A DNA stretch of 64,000 bases. Origin: Mustelus asterias (Eukaryota). The position numbers and the translations under genes were made by a program. How positions within the stretch are numbered: position 1 is the first letter of the stretch; every line of letters starts with the position of its first letter. The notes under the pieces are model-generated. The model was not told the DNA's origin. It was given only the letters and a program-made list of their open reading frames with translations, and did no database searches. Of this stretch, positions 25,372 to 36,419 are shown in pieces. Location: positions 744,001 through 808,000 of the forward strand of contig NW_027590172.1 of NCBI RefSeq assembly GCF_964213995.1, in the 5' to 3' direction.

Positions 25372-26328
25372 ATGGAAGGAACAAGCACCGTTCACAGTGG
25401 GGAAAATCCATACACGTGTTCTGTGTGTGGACGAGGCTTCAGCCAATCATCTGACCTGTTGAAACACAAATGCAGTCAATCCAGGAAGAAACCGTGGAAA
25501 TGCAGGGATTGTGGGAAGGGATTCAAATCCCCGTCTGGCCTGGAAAGTCATTGGCTCAGTCACACTGGGGAGAAACCGTTCACCTGCTTCAAATGTGGGA
25601 AGGGATTCACTCGTCAATCCTACCTTCTGACACATCAGCGACTTCACACTGGGGAAAGGCCGTTCACCTGTTCTGTGTGTGGGAAGGGATTCATTCAGTC
25701 ATCTACCCTGTTGAATCACCAGCGAGTTCACACTGAGGAGAGACCATTTAAATGCTCAGACTGTGGGAAGTGTTACAAATGTTCTGGGGAACTGATGCAC
25801 CATCAACGTGTTCACAGCAATGAGAGGCCATTCACCTGTTCCATGTGTGGGAAAGGATTTACTCAGCAATACAAACTGCAGACACACCAGCGAGTTCACA
25901 CTGATGAGAGACCTTTTACATGTCCAGACTGTGGAAAACACTTTAAAAGTTCCCAGGACTTGATGCAGCATCAACCTGTTCACACTGATGAGAGACCGTT
26001 CAGATGCTCTCACTGTGGGTCTGCATTCAAGCGATCATCTCATCTCACTGTACACCAGCAAATTCACACTGGGGAGAGGCTGTTCACCTGCCCTGAGTGT
26101 GGCAAAGGGTTTACTCAGTCATCCGTCCTTCTGACACACCAGTGTGTTCAAACTGGGGGGAGACCATTCATCTGCTCTGAGTGTGGGAAGGGATTCCCTT
26201 CCTCATCCAAACTTCTGATGCACCAGCGAGTTCACACTGGGGAGAGGCCATTCACATGTGCTGAATGTGGGAAGGGATTTGCTTATTTTTCTGTATTGAT
26301 GAGACACCAACAAGCTCACAAACAATGA
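25372..26328 (+). CDS. C2H2 zinc-finger protein, 11 finger units (9 canonical, 2 lacking the last His), ~318 aa
   Basis: Open frame 25360-26328; first ATG (aacATGg) at 25372; acceptor ...acagttatacag|G at ~25262; AATAAA downstream (~26395, ~26442). Confidence 0.88.
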   Translation: MEGTSTVHSGENPYTCSVCGRGFSQSSDLLKHKCSQSRKKPWKCRDCGKGFKSPSGLESHWLSHTGEKPFTCFKCGKGFTRQSYLLTHQRLHTGERPFTCSVCGKGFIQSSTLLNHQRVHTEERPFKCSDCGKCYKCSGELMHHQRVHSNERPFTCSMCGKGFTQQYKLQTHQRVHTDERPFTCPDCGKHFKSSQDLMQHQPVHTDERPFRCSHCGSAFKRSSHLTVHQQIHTGERLFTCPECGKGFTQSSVLLTHQCVQTGGRPFICSECGKGFPSSSKLLMHQRVHTGERPFTCAECGKGFAYFSVLMRHQQAHKQ

Positions 26329-26519
26329 CAATGATTGAATTTTGCTGTCAATGACATCCAGGATTATGTTCGTTGGGGTCTATTGGATGATGTCAATAAA
26401 TTCCAGCCAGTTGTTTGGGCTAATATTGTGGATAAAGGTCAAATAAATCAGTTTCATATTACTATTTTTATATTGAACACACTGTGTTGCATCTATTTAA
26501 TGTCTCTAACTCACTTAAG

Positions 26520-28078
26520 TTAGATAAATCGCCGGGACCGGATGGGATGTACCCCAGGTTACTGTGGGAGGTGAGGAAGAGATTGCTGATCCTCTGGCGA
26601 TGATCTTTGCGTCATCAATGGAGACGGGAGAGGTTCCGGAGGATTGGAGGATGGCGGATGTGGTTCCGTTATTCAAGAAAGGGAGAAGAAATTGCCCAGG
26701 AAATTATAGACCGGTGAGTCTAACCTCAGTGGTAGGTAAGTTGATGGAGAAGATCCTGAGAGGCAGGATTTATGAACATTTGGAAAGGAATAGTATGGTC
26801 AGAAGTAGCCAGCATGGCTTTGTCCGAGGCAGATCATTCCTTACGAGTCTGATTGAGTTTTTTGAAGATGTGACTAGACACTTAGATGGCGGAAGAGCGG
26901 TAAATGTGGTTTATATGGATTTCAGTAAGGTGTTTGATAAGGTGCCCCATGCAAGGCTTATGGAGAAAGTGAAGGGGCAAGGGATACAAGGTGATGTTGC
27001 TTTGTGTATTCAGAACTGGCTTGCTCACAGAAGGCAAAGGGTGGTTCTAGATGGGTCTTTTTCAGAGTGGAGGTCGGTCACCAGTGGGGTGCCCCAGAGA
27101 TCTGTTCTGGGACCCTTGCTCTTTGTGATTTTTATAAATGACCTGGATGAGGAAGTGGAAGGATGGGTTGGCAAGTTTGCTGATGACACAAAGGTTGGAG
27201 ATGTTACGGATAGTGTAGAGGGATGTCAACAGTTGCAACGAGACATAGAAAAAGATGCAAGACTGGGCAGAGAAATGGCAGATGGACTTCAACCCAGATG
27301 AGTGAGTGGTGGGTCATTTTGGTCGGTCGAATAGGATGGAAGAATATAATATTAAGGGTAAGACGCTTGGCAGTGTGGAAGAACAGAGGGATCTTGGGGT
27401 CCGGGTTCATAGGACGCTCAAAGCAGCGTCACAGGTAGAGGCTGTGGTTAAGAAGACGTATGGAATACTGGCCTTCATCAATAGAGGAATTGAGTTTAGA
27501 AATCGGGAGATAATGCTGCAGCTGTATAGGATCCTGGTCAGACCCCAACTGGAGTACTGTGCCCAGTTCTGGTCGCCTCATTACAGAAAGGATGTGGAAG
27601 CCATAGGACGGGTGCAGAGGAGATTTACGAGGATGTTGCCAGGATTAAGTGGTATGCCTTTTGAGGATAGGTTGAGAGAGCTAGGTCTTTTCTCCTTGGA
27701 GAGGCGAAGGATGAGAGGTGACCTGATAGAGGTGTATAAGATGTTGAGGGGTATTGATAGAATGGATTCTCAGATGCTTTTACCCAGGGCTGAAATGGTT
27801 GTCACGAGAGGCCACAGGTTTAGGGTGCTGGGGAGTAGGTACAGAGGAGATGTTCGGGGTAAGTGTTTCACTCAGAGGGTGGCGGGTGCGTGGAATCGGC
27901 TGCCGGTAGTGGTGGTGGAAGCGGATTCAATTGAGTCTTTTAAGAAACTTTTGGATAGGTTCATGGAGGTTAGTAAGAAAGAGGGTTATAGATGAGCCTA
28001 GAAGGTAAGGAAATTGTTCGGCACAACTTGTGGGCCGAAGGGCCTGTTTGTGCTGTAGCTTTTCTATGTTCTATGTTC
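26520..28078 (+). mobile_element. CR1 LINE RT domain and 3' end (frameshifted)
   Basis: NYRPVSLTS, QHGF, YMDFSK.FDKV, SGVPQ.SVLGP and KFADD motifs. Confidence 0.93.
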
Positions 28079-28174
28079 ACTTTGGATCCTTTTGAAGGGC
28101 TCTCCCTCTCCTTTGTCTTCTCCATCCTCACCTCCAACAACAAGTGTGAGGAGCGCATGGAGCTTCTTTGTCAC

Positions 28175-28466
28175 TGTTGTAGGTAAAAAACCTCTGACAC
28201 TATTAGTGGTTCAAAATGCAGTGTTTATTTTCACAATTGTGGGAGAAGTGAGGTTCCTAACAGTGTACCCCCAGCCTTCTCATCGAACACAAGTAAGAAC
28301 AGAATTTATATATGTCCCGGGCCCCGCCCTCATTACATTGCAATTCTCTAAGATGTCTGTCATTGTTCATGGTGAGATTCTTGTTGTATTAGCAGTATCT
28401 TCCTCTGCGTAGTTTGTTCGATCTCCAAGGCCACGATTGTTCGTCATTTATATCCTTGAAACAACA
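28175..28466 (-). mobile_element. Solo LTR (292 bp) with a 4-bp TSD
   Basis: TGTTG...CAACA termini; TCAC on both sides (28171-4, 28467-70); on the minus strand GC box (28329-22), TATA (28313-05) and AATAAA (28229-24) occur in LTR order. Confidence 0.65.
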
Positions 28467-28849
28467 TCACAGGTTTTGCACAAACAAGTTAACTAATCTA
28501 CATACAAGTTTGTATAATACTTTATATCAGGATAAGATGAATAACGTATGATGAATATATATATGAATCTATGGTGATTCAAAGACAGACGGCATACATG
28601 TCAACTCCATCGTGTTAAACAAAGGTACATAAAAATGGAGACTGTTTAGCTTATTTTGAGCTGGGTTAATCGCATTTCTTAATAACAAGAATAGCTGTTC
28701 CTCTTATCTGGTACAGACATGAAAAACACCGAACTCTGACAAAAACATGAACTCTGCAGTCTTCTCAACAAAATCACAGAGTTTGGGTCTTAATGCTAAA
28801 GTGTGACAAAGTTCATTAACCCATTCCCGACTTCAGTCACTAAGATTGA

Positions 28850-29240
28850 GGGGAGGTGATGGCCGAGTGGTATTAACACTAGACGGTTAATCCAGAAACT
28901 CAGCTAATGTTCTGGGTACCAGGTTTGAATCCCACCAGGGCAGATGGTGAAATTTGAATTCAATAAAACATATCTGGAATTAAGAATTTACTGATGACCG
29001 TGAAACAATTGTCGTAAAAACCCATCTGGTTTAATTATGTCCTTTAGGGAAGGAAATCTGCCGTCCTTGCCTGCTCTGGCCTACATGGGACTCCAGAGCC
29101 ACAGCAATGTGGTTGACTCTAAAATGGCCGAGCAAGCCACTCAGTTGTTCAAGAAGGCAGCTCACCACCACCTTCTCAAGGGCAACTTGCAATAAATGCT
29201 GGCCATGCAACAACATCCATGTCCCATAGATGAAATTTAA
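28850..29240 (+). mobile_element. Second tRNA-headed SINE family with a LINE-derived tail (relatives at 4938-5165, 25050-25200, 38865-39140)
   Basis: tRNA-like head (GGCCGAGTGG...GGTTTGAATCC), core TGTCCTTTAGGGAAGGAAATCTGCC, tail CAATAAATGCTGGCC..GTCCCA; family name not established. Confidence 0.6.
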
Positions 29241-31353
29241 AAAGCTGCCTCTGTTGCTTCCCTTCCTCCCACGAGTTCATCCTTGACCCCAGTGTCTTTG
29301 TTCCCCTCCGGCCCATCTCTCATTACAACTTCCAAAATCCCTGTCGTCTCCCAAATCTCTGCCCATATGTCCTGAAGTTCCCTGTGTGAATCCCTCCGAT
29401 TACATTTGTCTTTCGCACAGTATTAAACCAGCTCTTACCAAAGTCTCAAATTACTGTGTGAATATGACTGAGGTAAGTTATCTGTCACTGTCCTTCTCAG
29501 CCAGTCTGCAGTTATTGACACCATTGACCAAACCATCTTCCTCCAGTGCCTCTCCATTGTTGTGTAGCTGGGTGGGACTGCACACTTCGGATTAATTTCT
29601 TATCTGATTATAGCCAGAGAATCACCGGCAGCCACTGTGATTATTACAGACAGAGAGCAAGTGAATAGAGGGAGCAAAGTAAATGGGGAAAGAGACAGTG
29701 AGAGTGAATGGGATGGAAGTTCGTAAACTGAGACAAAGAGAAACAGATTGAGACAGAAAATGGGTCAACATTGTTCCAAAGAGAAGAGATTAATGCTTTT
29801 CAAACCTTCCTGATCATTATAACTTATCAATTTCTGTAAAATATTTTGAGTGAATGTAACAAGGCCTGGATATGAGATTCTGAAACTCCCTCCCTAACTG
29901 TCCAGATTAAAGGTGTTTGTTAAGGTCTGTCTCTCCAAACAAGGTTTTGGCCATCCATCCTAATATTGTGCTCTGTGACACAGTAATTCTAGTTGCTGAT
30001 CTATCAGTAATGGACTTGCTGCCGTCTGGAACAAAACTGTTTTCACCACTAAGGCTCCGCTGTGATGTAATAGTCTCTATGACATCATTGCAGCAGGACT
30101 GGATGACATCATCAGAGTCCATTGTTTCTGAATGATCCACATCAATAACAACAGGAAATACTCATCAAGCTGAGCACATTATCTGGGCTGACACTGCAGT
30201 CTGACATTGAGGGACTGCTGCACTCTGACACACACTGTCCTTCACATGGAGCTTGTGGAGGCTCTGACCGCAACCTTCCAATCCTTCTCATAGAGTTGTG
30301 GTGCCAAAAGGCTGAGAGATTGTAAATGTAACATCCCTGTTCAAAAAATTACAGAACAATCATCTTAACATCAGCGGTGGAGAAAAATGAAACCAATAAT
30401 CTGGGGCGCAATCAACTGGTACTTGGAAAAGTGTGGATTCTTATTGTCAGCATTTTCTGTTTTAATGCTGAAAACTTCCCTGGATCTCAAGGCTGGGAAA
30501 GACATTCTGGAAGGTCATTCCCCCAACCCTCTCTCTATCCCTCCTCCCATCCCTCCCTACAACAAGAACCATTCACTCTGCACAGCAGTTTCACCCTCAT
30601 TCCCCCAGTTTGTATTCCAGCCTTTATCACACCCACTCTGCTCCCAGATACTTTCCACCATTAGATATTACAATTCAAACTTTATAATCTCTCCAATTTA
30701 ATATTTGTTCAGACAGCAGACAAATCATCAATTCCACTCCCGCCCTGAGCTATGGGGATATATTTATACATTATCTCATTTCACAACAAAACTCACACAT
30801 TGAATTTCAGATTTGCTTCTGTTATTTTAATTTGCCCAGCAGATTATTTGGAGTGAGACTGACATCAACCCTTCATGGTCTCAGTCTGTCTTTGTGTTTG
30901 TGAGAGTGTCTGAGATAGTATGTATGAGTGTGTATCTGTGCGTGCGTGTGTGTGTGTTTGTGTGAGATTATAGAAAGATAGAAACTAGAAGCAGGAGTAG
31001 GCCATTCGGCCCTTCGAGCCTGCTCCGCCATTCATTTTGATCATGGCTGATCATCGAATTCAATATTCTGATCCCCCTTCTTCCCATACCTTTAGCCCCA
31101 AGAGCTATATCTAATTTATTCTTGGAATCATATGTATGTGTCTGCATTTTTCTGAGTATTTGTGTGTCTATGAGTTTGTCTGTATTTGTTTCCGAGATTG
31201 ATATCAGTTATGAGAATAGATTCGTCTGCATTAAAATATATTCAAATAAAAATAATAGGAATAAAATAAATACAGCAGCACAATCCTCCAACAAGATCCT
31301 TCAGGAATCTGAGAATTCAGTGATTTCCCAGGCAGAGGCCGTTTACCTGACAT

Positions 31354-31371
31354 CGCCACAAGAGGGAGCTC
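31354..31371 (+). promoter_or_regulatory. Candidate CTCF site (CGCCACAAGAGGGAGCTC)
   Basis: Close to the CCASYAGRKGGCRS consensus; motif match only. Confidence 0.4.
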
Positions 31372-31414
31372 CCTGGCTGTATTTGTGTGTTCACTGCAGC
31401 AGGAGCGGGTTCCG

Positions 31415-32080
31415 TTACACAGTGAAATGTAACAGAGCAGAAATCCAGGGGAACTGGATTAATTGTTGGATTACACAGTGATATGTAACAGAGCAGAAAT
31501 CCAGGAGAACTGGATTAATTGTTGGATTACACAGTGATATGTAACAGAGCAGCAATCCAGGGGAACTGGATTAATTGTTGGATTACACAGTGATATGTAA
31601 CAGAGCAGCAATCCAGGGGAACTGGATTAATTGTTGGATTACACAGTGATATGTAACAGAGCAGAAATCCAGGAGAACTGGATTAATTGTTGGATTACAC
31701 AGTGATATGTAACAGAGCAGAAATCCAGGGGAACTGGATTAATTGTTGGATTACACAGTGATATGTAACAGAGCAGCAATCCAGGGGAACTGGATTAATT
31801 GTTGGATTACACAGTGATATGTAACAGAGCAGAAATCCAGGGGAACTGGATTAATTGTTGGATTACACAGTGATATGTAACAGAGCAGAAATCCAGGGGA
31901 ACTGGATTAATTGTTGGATTACACAGTGATATGTTACAGAGCAGAAATCCAGGAGAACTGGATTAATTGTTGGATTACACAGTGATATGTTACAGAGCAG
32001 TAATCCAGGGGAACTGGATTAATTGTTAGATTACACAGTGATATGTTACAGAGCAGTAATCCCGGAGAACTGGATTAACT
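31415..32080. repeat. 56-bp minisatellite, ~12 copies, followed by (GT)n at 32080-32100
   Basis: Unit TTACACAGTGATATGTAACAGAGCAGAAATCCAGGGGAACTGGATTAATTGTTGGA; units start at 31471, 31527 and so on. Confidence 0.98.
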
Positions 32081-34317
32081 GTGTGTGTGTGTGTGTGTGT
32101 CCCTGGGCACAGTTCCCAGAGAGTTTAAAATCTTCTTACAGCTAGCCAATTCCTGATCCAAACCGCTAAATCACCCTCAATCCCATGCCTCCGTATCTTC
32201 TGCAATAGCTTACCGTGAGGTTAGAGTGTTAAAATCTGAAATAAAACAGTCAACGCCACAAAGAGTCAACAGGCCCGGCAGTTTGTGTGGAGGCAGAAAC
32301 AGAGTAAAACACAGTTAAACATCCATATGAATCAAGAGCAGCAGTAGACGTTTGGGCTGCTCTGCTCCAGATAAGATCCCGGCTGATCTGACTGTGGCCA
32401 AAACTCCACTCTCCTCTCAAGAATCCAATGAATCAGCCTTAAAAATATTCAATGACTCTCTCTCTCCACTGCTCTCTGGGGAAGAGAATTCCACAGACCA
32501 AAGACCCTCTGAGAGAAAAAAAAATCTCATTCTCTCTCTTTCAGACGTCTTAAATCCGCTCGTTCTCCGGAGCCACACAGGGAAAGCCAGACCCGTGAAG
32601 AAGGGAGAGAGGGAGGTGGAGAAGAACAAAATGAAAAATCTGCAAACTGATAACATGATTCACAGCCCAAGACCAAAACGAGTGTTAATGGGACAAGTAA
32701 AGACACAAAAGATGTTCTGGATGAGGTGTAAATAGCCGGTTAGCAATAGTCCGAATGCAAAGTAAAGAAAACAAGAGGGAAATGAGGTGAAAAAAGCAAC
32801 AACGAAACACAGAACACAATGGGGGCAGAGATTGTGGTGTAAAATTGTTGAGCTCAGTTTTGTTCTGAAGGCTGTAAAGTGTCTCTTTTAGTTGCGGGAA
32901 ATAATATTATATTTCCCAGTTCCGATGACAGGTCACATTCAGTCTGTTTCTCTCTCCACAGAGGCTGCCTGACTTGTTGAGTATTTCCAGCGTTTCCTGC
33001 TTTATGTCACAGAGAATGTCGAAGAATTGTTACACCCGGAACAGATGTCTCTTCCTCGGGACACTCCAGCTCGGGTCAGGGTGGGGGGATAATGTTCACT
33101 GTTTTATATTTGTGTCTGGTGTGAATAATATCTTAAATTAAATGGAGAAGTTTTTTAAACTGAAGAGAGTAACTGAAACTGACTTTAAACAACATTAACA
33201 AGCCCGGGCTGCTGGAGAAACATTTAGGGATTTGTGAGCAGTCAGTTCCGGCTGGTTTGAAGTGAAATCCTGTCGGTGCTGCGGCAAATCTGAACTCAAA
33301 CCAGACAAACTGGAACCGCTGGGTTAGAGATTCCGGGTGTTGGGATGTGGGAGCTGGGGGAGGGGGAGATGGCGGTAAAACTCTGAGCCTGACTTTAGAC
33401 AGGGTGAGCGGGGTAAAGGGGAGGAATGACAGAGTTAATGTGGGAGTCAGGGACAATAGCAGAAGTTGGGAAGCTCTGGAAAGGAGCAATGGCCATCACA
33501 GAATGCGTGTTTAAACGAAGTTAAAAGCAAAATACTGCGGGTGCTGGAATCTGAAACAGAAAATGCTGGAAATCTCAGCGGATCTGACTGCATCTGTGGT
33601 GAGAGAACAGAATTAATGTTTCCAGTCTGGATGATCATAGGTGCTGCCAGAAATGCTGAGGTTCTCCAGCATTTTCTGTTTGTGTTTAACTGAAGGTTCA
33701 GCAGGGAAACAAGCAGCGATTTCACACACACTAAACCCAGGGAGAGGGGGTGACCCAGGATAAGGGACAGGCGCAGCTCAGTGAGGCTCTGCAAAGTCCA
33801 GCAATCTGTCCACATTGAGAGCTTAGAGCGCCAAGGGGGAGGGGAAGGACAAACTATTTGGGACACAGCAGGAGGTCACCCCTCCCCCCACTCTGTGGTT
33901 CCACAAACCCTCCCACACCTGGGCAAGGTTGGTTCAAGGTGCAGGAAGCTGCAAGCTGAGAGGCTGAGCTGTGAACTGGGCCGGGTTGGGGGTTTGAGTG
34001 ACAGTCCTGGGGCTATTTCAGGACAGGAACTGCCACAGATTCCCTCTTTTTCCTGGGACGTTTCAGTGGAGCTGTGTTGGTGAGTGTTTGTAATCTCTGT
34101 CTCACTGTCTCGGTAATGGGGGTGGGTTGTAGATTGCTGTGAGTGTTAGACTAAATAACCTCTCCTCATGCTGCCAGTTCCAGTCTGCAGACTCCATTTC
34201 TCAGTCCAGTTTGCTGCTCTGTCTCTGTCTCTCTGTACTTTGCTGCAGTGCTCCACATTCTGAGCAACATCCAGCCCATTGTTGTCACCCGAAATTTGCG
34301 GCAAACTACCTTCACTG

Positions 34318-35200
34318 TGACACAGTGGTTAGCACTGCTGCCTCACTGAGTCTGGGTTCGATTCCAGCGGTGGGTGACTGTCTGTGTGGAGGTTGCTCAG
34401 GAAGAAGTCTCATAACACCAAGTTAAAGTCCAATAAGTTTATTTGGAATCAACGCAAATTACTGCGGATGCTGAAATTTGAAACCAAAAGAGAAATTGCT
34501 GGAAAATCTCAGCCGATATGGCAGGATCTGTAAGGAGAGCAAAGAACTGATGCTTCGAGTCCACATGACCCTTTGTCAAAGCTTTGACAAAGAGTCATCT
34601 GGACTCGAAATGTCAGCTCTTTTCTGTCCTTACAGATGTTGTAAGAAGTTTAACAACACCAGGTTAAAGTCCAACAGGTTTATTTGGTAGCAAAAGCCAC
34701 ACAAGCTTTCGAGGCTCTGAGCCCCTTCTCACTCACTCACCTGAAGAAGGGGCTCAGAGCCTCGAAAGCTTGTGTGGCTTTTGCTACCAAATAAACCTGT
34801 TGGACTTTAACCTGGTGTTGTTAAACTTCTTACTGTGTTTACCCCAGTCCAACGCCGGCATCTCCACATCATGACTTACAGATGTTGCCAAACCTGCTGA
34901 GATTTTCCAGCATTCTCTCTTTTGGTTATTTGGAATCACGAGCTTTCAGAGCACTGCTCCTTCATCAGCGCTCTGAAAGCTTGTGGTTCCAAATAAACCT
35001 GTTGGTCTTTAACCTTGTGTTGTGAGGCTTCTTACTGTGCTCACCCCAGTTCAGCACTGGCATCTCCACCTCATGTGTGGAGTTTGCACAATCTCCCTCT
35101 GTCTGTGTGCATTTCCTCTGGGTGCTCCGGTTTTTTTCTCATCGCCCAAAGATGTGCAGGTTTGGTAAATTTGTCCCTTGGTGTCCAAGATATGTAGTGT
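34318..35200. mobile_element. Nested cluster: HE1-type SINE > Penelope-like A > Penelope-like B > young palindromic Penelope-like A (34641-34874)
   Basis: Each outer element resumes after the inner one; the innermost has perfect 89-bp inverted arms and a 13-bp TSD CTTACAGATGTTG (34629-41 / 34875-87). Confidence 0.7.
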
Positions 35201-35969
35201 CCAAGATATGTAGTGTCTAATTTGATTTATTATTGTCGCATGTTCTGGGATACAGTGAAAAGTATTATTTCTTGCGTGCTATTCAGAAAAAAAATAAATT
35301 GATAGAGTACAGAGGGGGAAAGGAAAAGAGTAGGGTGCAGAATATATTGTTGCCGTTGCAGTACAGACTCGATGGATCGAATGGCCTCTTTCTGCACTGT
35401 ATGGATTCGATGATTCGTGAATTCCGGCGAACAACTTTTGAATGGAGGGGTTTCTGAGGCGCCGAGCATTGTGGGAATTGTGACCGCCATTAGTCAGTGA
35501 CTGACTATAAATATTTAATTGCAGACTGAGGGCAGGTCAGCAACCTGAATCCTCAATTCTGTTTGTGACTCTCACAGGCTGCCTGGCCTGATGAATATCT
35601 CCAGTATTTATTTTCTTTGTCCCAGAAACAGTCTCTACAGAGTTTTGTTTCTGTGTTGTTTTATAGGTTCGAGTTTAGAAACACAGTTAGGAGCTGGCAT
35701 GATTCAGGCTGTCTGTTGGATGCAGAACTCAGTTCCTGGCCCCCCCGTGTGCGTTTTTTTATTGTTGCTTCAGTCTGAACTCTATTCATAACTTGCCTCT
35801 GTGGGTTCTCTCTCAATCCTGCTGCGTTTTATCAGCATCTTTTCTTTTAATTTTAAATGGAACCTTAATATCTGCTTAGTACACAGGCCAATTCATCACA
35901 AATTCAGAGGAATGTATTTTTAAAAATTAATTAATCTCAATTGCACAAGATAGTTTTCTATTATGTCTT

Positions 35970-36400
35970 TGATTGACAATGGCGCCGTTAATTCCCAGGT
36001 GCCCCTGCGGGTGTCAAAGTGTCCTGTTCATTCCACAGCAGCCTATTGCGCAGGTGCAGTGCTGTATCTGGAGCATGCGTACTGCCACTTTGCTCGGAGC
36101 CCTGCGAGGGCGGCGGACGTTTTTTTCAGCGGGTGAGAGTCAGTGTGGCGGGGGGAGGAATGGAGTCGGGGTGGGGAGGGAGCGGAGGCTTCACAAATAC
36201 CCGCTCCAGGTCGCAAGGCCCGAATAAGACCATGCGGGTTCCGGGTTTGCAGCTCCCCGGTTTTCGGCCGCCATCTTGTTCCAGCGGGGAAGGAGAGCGC
36301 ATGCTCTCGGGCTGGTCATAATGGGCGTGGTTTCAGGGGGCTGGTTCAGAACCACTATCTTCAGAGGGACAATATGTTGCAGGGCGCATGCGCAACTATC
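35970..36400. promoter_or_regulatory. CpG-island promoter, probably of the 46.5-kb ZNF gene, with an opposite-strand cassette
   Basis: Plus donor CGG|GTGAGA at 36132/3; minus-strand GGAACAAGATGGCGGCCG (36265-36282) identical to the 16-kb island motif; NRF1 GCGCATGCGC at 36384. Confidence 0.7.
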
Positions 36401-36419
36401 CAAGACCATCGGAACAAGA

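Noticed and set aside
26564-27995. Active reverse transcriptase gene
   Set aside because: 5'-truncated and frameshifted CR1; no full-length LINE exists in the window.
29907-30140. 77-aa minus-strand ORF as an exon
   Set aside because: No homology recognised and no convincing splice sites.
31415-32080. CRISPR-like array (palindromic repeats)
   Set aside because: Units are contiguous with no unique spacers, there are no cas genes, and the context is vertebrate.
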